From Sporopachydermia quercuum (lineage: Eukaryota): a stretch of DNA of 64,000 bases. The notes beneath the pieces are model-generated. The model was not told where the DNA came from. It searched no databases and worked only from the letters and a program-made list of their open reading frames with translations. The stretch is taken from positions 770,470 through 834,469 of the forward strand of contig BCGN01000007.1 in the NCBI GenBank assembly GCA_001599295.1, written 5' to 3'. The position numbers were made by a program, and so were the translations under genes. Shown here piece by piece: positions 1-11,745 of this stretch (positions are counted from its first letter, which is position 1; every line of letters begins with the position of its first letter).

Positions 1-185
1 CTAAGCCAACGACTAAGACCTACACTGTCACCACTTGTGACAAGGGTACTTGCACTGAAATCACCAAGACTTCGACCGGTCATGAAACTCCGGCTACTAA
101 GCCAACGACTAAGACCTACACTGTCACCACTTGTGACAAGGGTACTTGCACTGAAATCACCAAGACTTCAACCGGTTATGAGACT
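1..185 (+). repeat. Intragenic 96-bp (32-aa) tandem repeat, ~2 copies visible
   Basis: ctaagccaacgactaagacctacactgtcaccacttgtgacaagggtacttgcactgaaatcaccaagacttc starts at 1 and again at 97. Confidence 0.95.
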
Positions 186-356
186 TCTGGCAAGCCAACT
201 ACCAACCCAGATACCAAGCCAACTTCTGAACCCGCTCCTTCACCATCAACTTCTACGTCAACCGTGACAGCTGAAACTTATACTGGTGGCAGTAACAAGT
301 TAGCTCTTTCTTCTTCACTTCTTGCTTTGGGTAGTTTCTTCTTCATGCTCGTTTAA
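3..356 (+). CDS. 3' end (5'-truncated by window) of a Ser/Thr-rich GPI-anchored cell-wall protein/adhesin with flocculin-type TxTTC-x4-C repeats
   Basis: Frame 3 is absent from the ORF track (no start codon in window). It reads KPTTKTYTVTTCDKGTCTEITKTSTGHETPAT, a second near-identical copy, a Pro/Ser/Thr stretch, then ETYTGGSNKLALSSSLLALGSFFFMLV* (TAA 354-356). The end is a typical omega-site plus hydrophobic GPI signal. Confidence 0.85.
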   Translation, partial: KPTTKTYTVTTCDKGTCTEITKTSTGHETPATKPTTKTYTVTTCDKGTCTEITKTSTGYETSGKPTTNPDTKPTSEPAPSPSTSTSTVTAETYTGGSNKLALSSSLLALGSFFFMLV

Positions 357-1932
357 TGTGTTTATAATATTACAATATAGTTTAGCTTTATGTTAAGGCT
401 ATAACTGACCCTTCAGTTCTTAGTACTTACATTTTTCAAAGATTTATGCCTTCTGAATCTGAATCTACATTAAATAAATCGTCTTGTAGATATATATTCC
501 ATTGCGCGTGTTCATCTTGATTGAAAGAGTAAGAAGTAACCGATAAGAAAAGAGCTAAAAGATAAAAAAAAGGCCCGATTCCTTTTCTACTCAAAATTCT
601 ATTTACAGAGATAAATTCTACTGCGTCAGTGCCACAATATAAACAATAGTTACCAAATAACACTAACATGATCAAATCTCCAATTTCAAGGGGTTTGTGA
701 TATATGTTTAAGATTTGATATGCTGTAATCACATGCATCAATTATGTTGTACAAACCAGCTAATTCCAAAGCTTACGTTCTCTCATCATCTCGTTAATAG
801 AGCTGCACGTGCTTTTATTTCTGAATACTAACTAAGACCCCCCGTTACACACTTTCTTCTTCCTCTTGATTCATGCTCACTTCACTATACACCAAGATAG
901 CGTAATATTATTCTTATATATCCTCAAATTCTCATAATTTTTGAATGCGGACCTATCGGATTTTACTTACTAATATCGCCCTAAATTCTCTATTCTGTCA
1001 AATGTCCATCTCAAAATCACCGATTCTGATTCAAAAATTCATCCCATCCGGACATTTCNCACCTAATCACCACACACTGAACCATTGTCCAGACTTATCA
1101 GCTGGTTTGATCCACCATAATATGACTCCTCCGGACTTATCTCTCCTCGCAATAATCCGCCATTCTCCAAAACTTTATTTCCTCGCTGATTTCATTTATC
1201 ATCTTCAAGCTCTTTAATGAGTGGTATATATGGCTGGTTATTGCCACCATAAATCTCCTTGAAGAACAATCAGAGAAAGTTCTTGAGGAGATGAGTAAAA
1301 GCTTGGCAATCGATGATAGAAGCAGAGGTGAAATTGAAAATACTAGTTGTATAGAGCATCAGACTGGTCAGAAGAGTATTCTGCATTGATAGCCTTTTAT
1401 CCCATCACCGCATCATCAAGACTAATTTCCATTTAGCACGTGACAGGAATAAATCTANTGAGATAGAAAAAAATTATAAGAAGACGAAATATCTTAAGGA
1501 CCGGTGATATACAGCAGCTGAATGATTCAATTGCTTTGGTGTTCCTGATTAAATGATAGTAAAGAGGTGAAGGTAGATCAAAGATAACCATAGGAGCAGT
1601 AGGAAGAAAAGAGTTAGAGTAAAAGAAGAGAGAGAAAGTGGCATAGAGGAAAATCAGGACGATTGATAAATCCAGGAACATATCTCTATGATCTACTGTT
1701 ATGCACTTTGAAGGTAGAGCATCTTTTCACCATTAAGTGCTAGCCATACAAAAGGAAGAACAGTGCCCAGTGTATTCAAACAGCAAGAAGGTTCTATCGC
1801 ACCTTCAGATTAGCAAGATTTAACTCTTAGGGTGTCACTCTGGTACTCACTATCCACCGCACAATTGATGGTCTACTATTCAAACCAGTATCAACTTGCA
1901 AAACAATTGCATCTATATCAGAATAATTGACC

Positions 1933-4900
1933 ATGAAAGACGGCAAAGAACCCGCTTTGGAAGAAGTTTCTCTTTCCAAATCAAGTAATTCTTCTTCTGA
2001 GATATCAACAGTCCCATCTGTACCGGAAAGGAAAAAGAAGGTTCTTAGTTTTATCTTTGGAACAAAAGTCCCACCAAGACGAAAGGAAAGACGAACAGAC
2101 CCTTTCCCCCTTAATAATGCCAATTATTTTTCATTGTTAACTTTCTGGTGGGTAACACCAGTAATGAGAACAGGCTATTTCCGTACCATCGAACTGAACG
2201 ATTTATGGGAAGTTCAGGGCCGGTATGCAGTAGAAGAGCTGAACGAAAGATTTGAAGCTCATTTGAAGCAAAGAGTTGATAACGGGAGAACTAGACAGAT
2301 CAAACAGAGGCAGAAGAAGTTTGTAAAGCTTTCAAAGAAGGGGCTCAAACCAGAGATCAAAACCGAGACTGTAGTTGACTTTTATGGTAAAGAAACGACC
2401 AGGGAACAGTACTATTTGGGAGATATACCTTTGAATAATGATAAAACTTCTATACGAACAGATGATATTATGAAAAAGTATCCTAAATATGCAGTTATGC
2501 TGGCATTGTATGATACATTCAAACGAACATTCTATTATTCTGCTATTTGTAAAGTGATTTCAGAAACTGTATTGACTCTACAACCGTTATTATCAAGGCA
2601 TATGATTTCCTTTGTTGAGAATAGAATTATTGAACTTCCAAATACTTTTATCGGCCAAGGTATTGGTATGGCTATTGGCTTAGCTCTTATGATGATGCTT
2701 TCTTCAATCACTATGCACCAATACTTTTTTTGGGCTATGATCAATGGAGCACAAGCTAAAGCTGCCCTACATGATGCTATATATAGAAAGTACTTCAGTT
2801 TATCACTAGAATCGAAAGCAAGTTTTCCGGCTGGAAAATTAACAAATTTAGTTGGTGGTGATGTCTCCAGAGTTGACATGGCATTTGCGTTCTTTCATTT
2901 CACTTGGTCTTTCCCTATACCTCTTGGAGTTGCCTTAGTATTGGTTGTAGTCAATCTTGGGGCAGGAGCTCTTTCGGGTTTTGCTATTGTTGTTTGCGTG
3001 ATGACTGTAGCGTTTTTATCAGCCAAAAAAATGGGGTCCCTTAGATCTAAATCCAATAAAGCAACTGATAGTAGAGTAAGTGGTATTAAAGAAGTCTTAC
3101 AGTCTATGGGTATTTTGAAGTTTTATGCATGGGAAACCCCTTACTCAAATCTATTATCAGGACTCAGGAAGGTTGAAATGAAAACTATTCTCAATCTACA
3201 AATATTGAGAAGTTGTGTTCTGAGTTTTGTTATATCAGTGCCAGTACTGGCATCATGCATAGCATTAATTGTTGTTTTCTATACAAATGATTCGTTAACC
3301 CCTGCTAACATTTTCCCATCTATTGCTTTGTTTAATCTCATTAGAATGCCGTTGATGCTGTTGCCTAGAGGTTTGAGTTCTTTGGCTGACGGATTGGTCG
3401 CNTTAGAAAGAATAACTGCCTTCTTGGAAGCGGGGGAGAAAACTGACAACAATTCAGAGGGAGATGATACTAAAAGTATTGGCTTGATTGAGGAGAACCA
3501 CAGCAGCTTTGATGACGATGAAGATGCTGATGAAAAGCTATCAGATGATTATTCAATTGTGCTCTCTGATGCTTCGTTTACGTGGGGAAATCCTGTTGAT
3601 GTATTTGACGAATTGTCAAAGAAAAGGCTATCGAAAAAGAAGAGTAAGAATGTAAAAACGGAGAAAATGGAAAAAACGGAGAAGAAAGACGAAGACTCAA
3701 CGAAACCTGCAGCCAATTTGTCCTGGCTTAAAAATCTCGACATAAGAATCAAAAAGGGTGAATTCATTATCATCACAGGTCCTATTGGATCTGGTAAGAG
3801 TAGTTTTCTATCTGCTCTAGCCAACCAGATGCCAAAGCAGTCAGGCGAAATGCTTTTAAAGGGAGAAGTTGCTTATAGTGGTACTCCTTGGGTTCAGAAC
3901 AGCACGGCTCAAGAGAATATTCTATTTGGTAGTCCACTCAATCGTAAAAAGTATGAAAAAGTTATTTCAGTATGCTGTCTAGAACCAGATTTCAAACAAT
4001 TTTTTGCTGGAGACCAAACCGAACTCGGAGAAAGAGGTGTTACCCTTTCTGGGGGTCAAAAAGCAAGATTGAGTTTAGCTAGAACTGTGTATCATAAGAG
4101 AGATATAATTCTTCTCGATGATGTATTATCAGCAGTTGATGCACGTGTTGGAGAAAAAATCATGGATGAATGTATATGTGGATACATTTCAGATTGTACA
4201 AGGGTTTTGGCTACTCATCAGCTGAGTTTTGTTGAAAAAGCTGATAGAATCATTTACATTGATGGCAATGGTGAGTATATTTTTGGCACGTACGATGAAG
4301 TGATTGAAGGCTCTGTAGGATTCCAAGAGCTCATGAAAATGAACAATAATAAAGAGGATGAGACAATTGAAGAACTAGAAGATGAAGTTATATATGATAT
4401 TGTTGGAGATGATATGAGCGATGTGTATGAAGATTATGACATCTATGAACAAGGAGAACACCTAGAGATCAAATCTATAAAAACAAGAGCCACGGAGGTG
4501 TCTGAATTACCACCGGGTAGCGTTTCCCGTACTAATAGCATCGGTAACCCTGGTGGTGATAATTACAATGCGATTAAACCCAAGGATGACAATGAGCTAG
4601 GTAAGATTATTATTGCTGAAGATAAAGCCCAAGATGCTTTAGGATTGGCTGTTTATTATAAATTCTTCCTGCTTGGTGGAGGTGAGCATGCTTTCATTGT
4701 TTTCCCCACATTTTTCTCAGCAGTGATGGTTCTTGGTACCATGATCTTCTTTTCTAACATTTGGATTACCTACTGGATCGGTGACCAATTCAACAAATCT
4801 GACTCTTTCTATGTGGGCATATATGCTTTCCTTTCTTGTATGTGTGTATTCGGGTTTTATGTCGTATTTCTTATGCTTGGTCGTATTGTAACAAAAGCTT

Positions 4901-6411
4901 CTTTACGACTATACAACAAATCAGTGGAAACTTTACTACAAGCTCCAATGTCATTTTTTGATACAACACCAATGGGTAGAGTATTGAACAGATTTACAAA
5001 AGATACTGATGCTATCGATAACGATCTGTTGGATCCCCTACGATTGCTTCTGCAAGGCGTTGTGATGGTTGTAGGTATTCTTGTTTTATGCATTTGTTAC
5101 ATGCCTTGGTTTGCTATAGCCGTACCAATACTAGGGGTCATTCTCTACTGTCTTGCCACATACTATCAAGCATCGGGTAGAGAAATCAAACGACAAGAAG
5201 CTCTAAGCAGAAGTTTCTTATATTCACATTTCAGTGAATCGTTGAATGGTGCTTCTGTAATTCAATGTTACAACAGACAAGATGCTTTTATTGAACAGTT
5301 CAAGACTCTAATTGACAATGTAAGCGCCTCCTACTACTTTACAATTGCCAACCAACGTTGGATTGCTGTGAAGCTGGATTCAATTGCTGCTGGTATCGTT
5401 TTCCTTATTTCTATTCTATGTATGACTCGTACCTTCAACATCAACGCTGCTGATACTGGTTTACTATTAACATATGTTATCCAACTTGGTGCTATGATTT
5501 CTATGACCATTAGATCATACACATTGGTCGAAAATGATATGAATTCTGTTGAACGATTGTATCATTATGCTTACGAAACGGAAACTGAAGGCCCTTTCCG
5601 TATTGAAAACTGCGTTCCAGAAAGTTGGCCTGACCAAGGAACAATAGAATTTCAAAATGTTGCTCTGAGATATAGACCTGGATTACCATTGGTATTAAAC
5701 GGATTGAGTATGAGTATTAACCCTTCAGAAAAGATTGGCATCTGCGGTAGAACAGGAGCAGGTAAATCAAGTATCATGACTGCACTATATAGAATCAGTG
5801 AACTTGCTGGAGGTAAGATTGTCATTGATGGTGTNGATACATCAAAGGTCGGTTTGCATGATTTACGTTCCAGACTGTCAATCATTCCTCAGACACCAGT
5901 TTTGTTTAAAGGTTCTATCAGAAGCAATCTGGACCCTTTCAATAAATGCACTGACTATGACTTATGGGAAGCTTTAAAGAAAAGTTGGTTAGTTGAATCT
6001 GATACACCTGCTAGCAACCATAAGTTCCACCTAGACCAGGAAGTTAAAGAAGAAGGATCTAACTTCTCATTGGGAGAACGTCAATTACTGGCACTAGCAA
6101 GGGCTTTGGTTCACAAATCCAAGATTCTCATATTGGATGAAGCTACATCAAGTGTCGATTACGAAACAGATGCAAAAATTCAAACTACAATTAAGCGAGA
6201 ATTCGATGACTGTACGATTTTATGCGTTGCTCATAGANTAAAGACAATCTTAGGATATGATCGTATCATTGTTTTGGAAGCAGGTAAAGTCTTAGAATTT
6301 GATTCTCCTTGGAATTTGTTTAATAGGGATGGTGGTATGTTTAGACAGATGTGTGATAAATCAAATATTGGAGTAAATGATTTCAGAGATGCTGGTTTGG
6401 AAATTCAATGA
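1933..6411 (+). CDS. YOR1: ABCC/MRP-family full-size ABC exporter, Yor1-like
   Basis: First ATG at 1933 (the track uses TTG 1927). TMD-NBD-TMD-NBD layout without TMD0. NBD1 has [17 protein letters not shown] and [13 protein letters not shown]2 has [20 protein letters not shown] and [15 protein letters not shown]-terminal FPLxxANxFSxxTFWWV..GY.RTI..NDL is Yor1-like. Confidence 0.88.
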   Translation: MKDGKEPALEEVSLSKSSNSSSEISTVPSVPERKKKVLSFIFGTKVPPRRKERRTDPFPLNNANYFSLLTFWWVTPVMRTGYFRTIELNDLWEVQGRYAVEELNERFEAHLKQRVDNGRTRQIKQRQKKFVKLSKKGLKPEIKTETVVDFYGKETTREQYYLGDIPLNNDKTSIRTDDIMKKYPKYAVMLALYDTFKRTFYYSAICKVISETVLTLQPLLSRHMISFVENRIIELPNTFIGQGIGMAIGLALMMMLSSITMHQYFFWAMINGAQAKAALHDAIYRKYFSLSLESKASFPAGKLTNLVGGDVSRVDMAFAFFHFTWSFPIPLGVALVLVVVNLGAGALSGFAIVVCVMTVAFLSAKKMGSLRSKSNKATDSRVSGIKEVLQSMGILKFYAWETPYSNLLSGLRKVEMKTILNLQILRSCVLSFVISVPVLASCIALIVVFYTNDSLTPANIFPSIALFNLIRMPLMLLPRGLSSLADGLVXLERITAFLEAGEKTDNNSEGDDTKSIGLIEENHSSFDDDEDADEKLSDDYSIVLSDASFTWGNPVDVFDELSKKRLSKKKSKNVKTEKMEKTEKKDEDSTKPAANLSWLKNLDIRIKKGEFIIITGPIGSGKSSFLSALANQMPKQSGEMLLKGEVAYSGTPWVQNSTAQENILFGSPLNRKKYEKVISVCCLEPDFKQFFAGDQTELGERGVTLSGGQKARLSLARTVYHKRDIILLDDVLSAVDARVGEKIMDECICGYISDCTRVLATHQLSFVEKADRIIYIDGNGEYIFGTYDEVIEGSVGFQELMKMNNNKEDETIEELEDEVIYDIVGDDMSDVYEDYDIYEQGEHLEIKSIKTRATEVSELPPGSVSRTNSIGNPGGDNYNAIKPKDDNELGKIIIAEDKAQDALGLAVYYKFFLLGGGEHAFIVFPTFFSAVMVLGTMIFFSNIWITYWIGDQFNKSDSFYVGIYAFLSCMCVFGFYVVFLMLGRIVTKASLRLYNKSVETLLQAPMSFFDTTPMGRVLNRFTKDTDAIDNDLLDPLRLLLQGVVMVVGILVLCICYMPWFAIAVPILGVILYCLATYYQASGREIKRQEALSRSFLYSHFSESLNGASVIQCYNRQDAFIEQFKTLIDNVSASYYFTIANQRWIAVKLDSIAAGIVFLISILCMTRTFNINAADTGLLLTYVIQLGAMISMTIRSYTLVENDMNSVERLYHYAYETETEGPFRIENCVPESWPDQGTIEFQNVALRYRPGLPLVLNGLSMSINPSEKIGICGRTGAGKSSIMTALYRISELAGGKIVIDGXDTSKVGLHDLRSRLSIIPQTPVLFKGSIRSNLDPFNKCTDYDLWEALKKSWLVESDTPASNHKFHLDQEVKEEGSNFSLGERQLLALARALVHKSKILILDEATSSVDYETDAKIQTTIKREFDDCTILCVAHRXKTILGYDRIIVLEAGKVLEFDSPWNLFNRDGGMFRQMCDKSNIGVNDFRDAGLEIQ

Positions 6412-7638
6412 TATCACATAAGTGTAGGATATCATATAGTAATATTAAGACTGGATGGACGATATTACAGTTTTTGAAAACGGAAAAGCAGAGGAGAAAA
6501 GAGAGAACAGATAAAAAAGTATGAGGAACAGAAAAGAAAAGAAAGAAGATTAGTTTTAGTTGATTTTGTATAGACTTTAATATATATTAATTTACTTATT
6601 TTGGCAATGTAGCGTGTCATTAGTCACGGAGTAAGCCTGGCCCGGTTCACTAGTTTAATAAACCATATAGTACAAGAAGCAACCTCAACTTGGTTCAAAG
6701 TATAGATAGCTGGAGGCTTTTCTCTAAAGAACCAGAGATTTTACATGCTCTTGTTCTGTAAGGAAACCTTGGGCAAGGCTCATCACAAATGTCAGAAAAA
6801 TAGACATTAGTTGGGGTGTAGCACTTATAACCAATGCTTAGCTTTACGAAGAATTATGTTCNAGTTCTGAAACATATGCTGGTAAACTGAAGTCATGGAA
6901 TCAGTGAACTAATCTTTTTTATAATCCATGTTCTCNATTGAAATTGAAATCCAATCAATCAAACAAAACTCAGAATTGAAGCTGTTGCATGTACCAACTC
7001 GAAGTTTTGCCAGCATTTCAACTTCCTTTTACGGACTTGAGTCCGAAACTAGTAGAACCTTAAATTTAACTGTTCTTTCTGTTTTTAACGTCCTTACCTA
7101 CATACAGGCTTATATGGTAAGCTGCTTCAATATATAGTCCAATATTCATGCAATATTTACGGTTCTTATTGATTCTACAGTTTAACTGCTGTTTAGAAAT
7201 GTACTATTTATGTAATATTTCACTCGAAAAAAGAAGCAGCAGCACAATCAATGTAACAAAAATGGTATGATTCCTTTCCTTATCTCTGCACTTACCTGGT
7301 AATCAGTAACATAATTACGATGTCTGACGGGGTAAATCGTGTTTTGGTCCGAAGTAGCAAATGGAAAAGTTCATCCACTAATATGAACCTTCAAACCAAC
7401 GTGAGATCCATAAGCCGTTCTAGAGAAGCATTAAGGATGATACGAAACTAGACTAATGCAGATTAACTGGAAGCTAAAAGCTATTCCATATTTCCAAGTA
7501 CTTTCTACGATAGGACTAAGTTTTAATAAAACATCTACAAAACTCAATAAATATACTCATATCGTCATAAATTCAAAAAGATATCTATATAGAATACATA
7601 AATCAAGAAAGATCTAATAAAACTGTATAGAATCTTTT

Positions 7639-8868
7639 TTAAACAACCGTAGGCCCAAAGAATTCTAGATTCACCTTTTCGACACCATTAGCAGTCAAAG
7701 TTGTCTTTACAAAATCCATNTATTCAACAGGGCCTGTAGTGTANACTTCATAATCACCATTAATATGCTTCAAGTCATCCGCAGTTAACCTATTATCTTC
7801 AGAACTAAAATATTCCTTAACTTGGAAAGAGTTTGGGTATTTAGCAGCAGTGTCATTAAGCCATTGGTGGAATGGCTCTGTCTTAATTGATTGATTGGAA
7901 TATAAAAGTTCAACTTGCTTACCTTGCTCTAAAGCAGCTTCGGCCATCGTGATTAAAGGTGTGATACCAATTCCACCAGCTAATAAAGCAACTTTCTCTT
8001 TCTTGTTTTCAAGGTTGTAAGTAAACTTTCCAACTGGTGCAAGAACTTTTAAAACATCTCCAACCTTCAAATCGTTATTAGCATAAGTTGAAATCTTACC
8101 ATCGGGAATAAGTCTAACTGAGATTCTGAATTCGTTTCCTTCTAATGGCTTAGAAATAGAATATTCCCTAGACTCTTCTTCTTTGCCAGGAACTTGCCAT
8201 CTTAGACCTAAGTATTGACCTGGCGTAGGCGCTTTCAAGACTGTTCCATCAACTGGAGTCAAATAGATAGATGTGACATTATCACATTCCTTTTCAAGTT
8301 TGGTAACCTTGAACTCCTTGAATCCTCTCCACTGTAAAGATTGATAGTATTCCTCTTCCGCATTGATTAACAACTGTGCAAGGTTTCCATAAGCCTTACC
8401 TAAAGTTGCCACAAATTTTTCGTCAGCAGCAGGTCCTAAAACTTCCTTGAAAGCATGAACTAGACAAGTTCCTACTATTGGGTATTGGTCAGGACTGATA
8501 TTTAAACCACAATGCTTAATAACAATTTGACGAACAAAATCAGCAATTGGAGTTAAATCATCTAAATGTGAAATATAGGCATACAAAGANAAAGCTAAAA
8601 CTTTTGGTTGCCTCTTGGTAAATTGATTTGTCATATTGAAGTATGGCTTAACTTCAGGGTGCGTCTTGAACATGTACTGGTACATGGTAGAAGTGATATT
8701 TACGCCATGTNCCTGAACAGCAGGTGCCAATGACTTTAGATAAGTTATCTCTTCATTAGTTAAAGGAACAATATCAAATAGTTGCTTTGCAGCAGTAGTT
8801 TGAGCCCTGGTTTGCGACATATTAAGAAATTTGCTTGCGAATGTTGATGCTTTGGGCACTCGAAACAT
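7639..8868 (-). CDS. YHB1: Flavohemoglobin (nitric oxide dioxygenase) with N-terminal extension
   Basis: Globin domain (YFNMTNQ..RQPKVLA, VIKHCGL..PDQYPIVG), FAD domain (REYSIS) and NAD domain (AGGIGITP, EFFGP). First ATG is 8868 with a second in-frame ATG at 8820; the track start 8886 is TTG. Confidence 0.95.
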   Translation of the reverse strand: MFRVPKASTFASKFLNMSQTRAQTTAAKQLFDIVPLTNEEITYLKSLAPAVQXHGVNITSTMYQYMFKTHPEVKPYFNMTNQFTKRQPKVLAXSLYAYISHLDDLTPIADFVRQIVIKHCGLNISPDQYPIVGTCLVHAFKEVLGPAADEKFVATLGKAYGNLAQLLINAEEEYYQSLQWRGFKEFKVTKLEKECDNVTSIYLTPVDGTVLKAPTPGQYLGLRWQVPGKEEESREYSISKPLEGNEFRISVRLIPDGKISTYANNDLKVGDVLKVLAPVGKFTYNLENKKEKVALLAGGIGITPLITMAEAALEQGKQVELLYSNQSIKTEPFHQWLNDTAAKYPNSFQVKEYFSSEDNRLTADDLKHINGDYEXYTTGPVEXMDFVKTTLTANGVEKVNLEFFGPTVV

Positions 8869-11685
8869 ATCGGTAGTAGAATACAACTGATAGATGGGTT
8901 CGGGTAGGAATAGTGATTACTCTTCNTGTGATAGAATAGAACAAAATGGAATAAAATAAATAAGAAAAAAAAAAAATAGGATATATAAATGAGTAATCGT
9001 CGTTTATTTAAGTGGTATTCTTCAGCTATTTATTCATTTTTCATAACTACTATATGAAGACACAGTAGATGACAAACTGTTGTACTATCATTGGCTGCCA
9101 CTGGCAGAAACAATACACTCTCTGTTGTTCCTGAACCTGTTTCATGGGTTAGTAGCTATTTGCACACACGNGTTCAAACACTATTGTCAGAAAGTTCTGA
9201 AAAGGTTAAATTGTATTATAATGGCGTGATCCATTATAGAATCCCTTTCCCATGAGTTTTCTTGTTAATCCTTCAACGGCAAGGTACATAAAAATGGAAC
9301 ATTACATTGAAGAAAACAAATAAGGTTTCGAGAAGACACATTATTTGCTGACTATCACGGTATTTACCTAGGAACAAGAGGTGAATAGCGAACGTTAAAA
9401 CCATATTCGGAAAACAAATCCGTACTAACTTAATTTNGATGCATAAATATGCAATCTATTTAAGGTTTGAAAATCTTATTGTAATAGATCGTTGAAAACA
9501 TCGAATCAATCATTAAGAAGCTGTTAGTGCCTCATCTATTTAGGATATTATACAGATTCACTATATAGCCTCCCTTTAAGCCAAGAGATTTGATGGAACT
9601 GATGTGAAATTGGAAAATCAAAGTAGCCATTACTATTAACTAACTACTGCACAGTATTATTAACACAGTTACTGAAACCTACAATATAGTATGACTTATT
9701 CTTTATATTGGAACTCAATTATCTCATTCNTACTGTTATTCATTAGAGCCTTGGATATTACACAGTGATGGCTCCCGATTTTTCGCGAACCGTCACAGGA
9801 TCGGTGATGTTCGTTCGAGAAAGCTAGACAAGTACCTTTTATTTTTCTTTTACTCATTCATAGACGAAGAATTCAATTTCTCAATAAGGAAATGGCACAT
9901 AATTAAACTAGTAATAGAACGGCTTTATTGTCACCAATAGTAACAAATTACAGNTACAGTAACAGCAAATCGTATTCTCTGTTGAACAATACTATTGTTC
10001 ACATATTAGTAGCCAACGGTGAATAAATACTATAGTGTGGGCAATAACTGTTTTTTCTTAATCTTTCACAGTTTCAGTTATCTAACTATTGACTTGGAGC
10101 CAAAGGCCAATCTTTATTTATTAGTTCTTTGCTGTGAATAATTCACATGGCCTTGTTTAATAATGGCCTGTTCTCAATATCCTATACAATTCAAACAAGA
10201 CAATTTGAAAGCATGATGAAACTAATGATTGCTTGATGGAATTTTGGTAATACAATAGCATTGCAAATGAGTTTGACAGAAAAAGAAGAACAACTAATCA
10301 AGGCATATATATTTTATTCAATATGTATAGTACAATCTATTAGTAAGTCTGAAAGCTCTTTAAACTGGAGTTGGTATTATATGTAGTGAAGCATCTTTCT
10401 ATAACTTCAACAAAGCTTGAAGTGGTTATTACATCTTGCACGCTGATGATTTGATTTGTTGGTCTATTGCTTGACTGTTCATATTATTAGCCAGTCAATT
10501 TATACGGGATTATATGTGGATATAGAGATTTTCAGCTGGCGGCATCTCTTAATTAAGGGAATAAATAGTTGTAGTTGAGTTGGATTAAGTTGACCATTTG
10601 TTCTCATTTAAGATGCTCCTTTGGCAGGTTATTCTCGAACATACGATGTGCATAGTAGTTCTAGGCAATGTGCCATTTTCTTTAAATGATATGAACCAAA
10701 TTTAGGGCTGAAATTTGATTTGTTTTGAAATAGCGTTTTGATTTTTTGTGGGTGTACATGCATGTTTCAGTAGAAAAGCAATATTGCCTTTCATCAATCA
10801 TTCGATATATGTAAGAGCAGGATATGGAGCGGTGGAACGGTTTGAAGCGGCAAACTTGGGAGTACGTTTTCTTTTTTGGGTCTTTTTTCTACTAAGAGAT
10901 GCATTACATGGTCATTGCATAGAAAGGAAATATCCTGAATTTATCCTGAATTATCCTTCGTGGAACAATTATTTTTTTGTTTTTCATAATGAGCGGAATC
11001 ACTATCAACATCCACGAAACATNAAGTATATCATTGGCGCCAGAAGTAACATATTATTTGATTCGTCATAGAACTCGTAGATTTACTCTTACGACACCAT
11101 CATTCAACCCACATAATCCCAATATTTGATCTGAAATCAGCCATTAATCCATTATAGTAGCAATAACAGTAATGGATTAATATAGTATCTACTTCTTTTG
11201 GCAAGTATCATCCTATTGGCGCTAAGACAAGCTTTTCCCGGCGGGCTTACTTGATGAGGTTTCACTGTACCAACGGCTTTTCTCACACAGGATCATCTTT
11301 GTAGTTAAATAAGGTTTCCAATTTCAAATTTGTGAAGATGAATTACTTAAAACAGACACAACTCATTTAACCTTAACCTTAGGTTAAATGCTATTCCATC
11401 AACACACAAATGATGTTCCCGAATTTTTCCCTGATATTATCATGAACATTATATTGTGATGAACAGTTTAAGAATTGATTCTTATTGAATTTTTAAAAAT
11501 AACTTGTTTTCAAGTTATAACAGTGAGGTTGATATTCATGCAATGTGACGATCTCAAGAGTCTGATATCTCTANATTCTTCCTGACCGGAGTTTGGGACT
11601 TGTTCTTCAAAGCCCTTCTCTTTGAGTCTTACCATCGATTCAACTCACTCGCTTCGTTTACTTAACTATTAGAATTCTCAGACTA

Positions 11686-11688
<3 letters not shown>

Positions 11689-11745
<57 letters not shown>
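11689..11745. repeat. (ATT)~18 trinucleotide microsatellite, intergenic
   Basis: Uninterrupted att run from 11691 to 11744. Confidence 0.97.

Noticed and set aside
37..267. 76-aa ORF in the track
   Set aside because: It is the wrong frame of the repeat. The real coding frame is frame 3 (Thr/Cys repeats + GPI signal, stop at 356).
436..1681. Short ORFs upstream of YOR1 and other <150-aa intergenic or antisense ORFs in the track
   Set aside because: Their composition is typical of AT-rich noncoding DNA or antisense shadows, many have non-ATG starts, and they carry no motifs.
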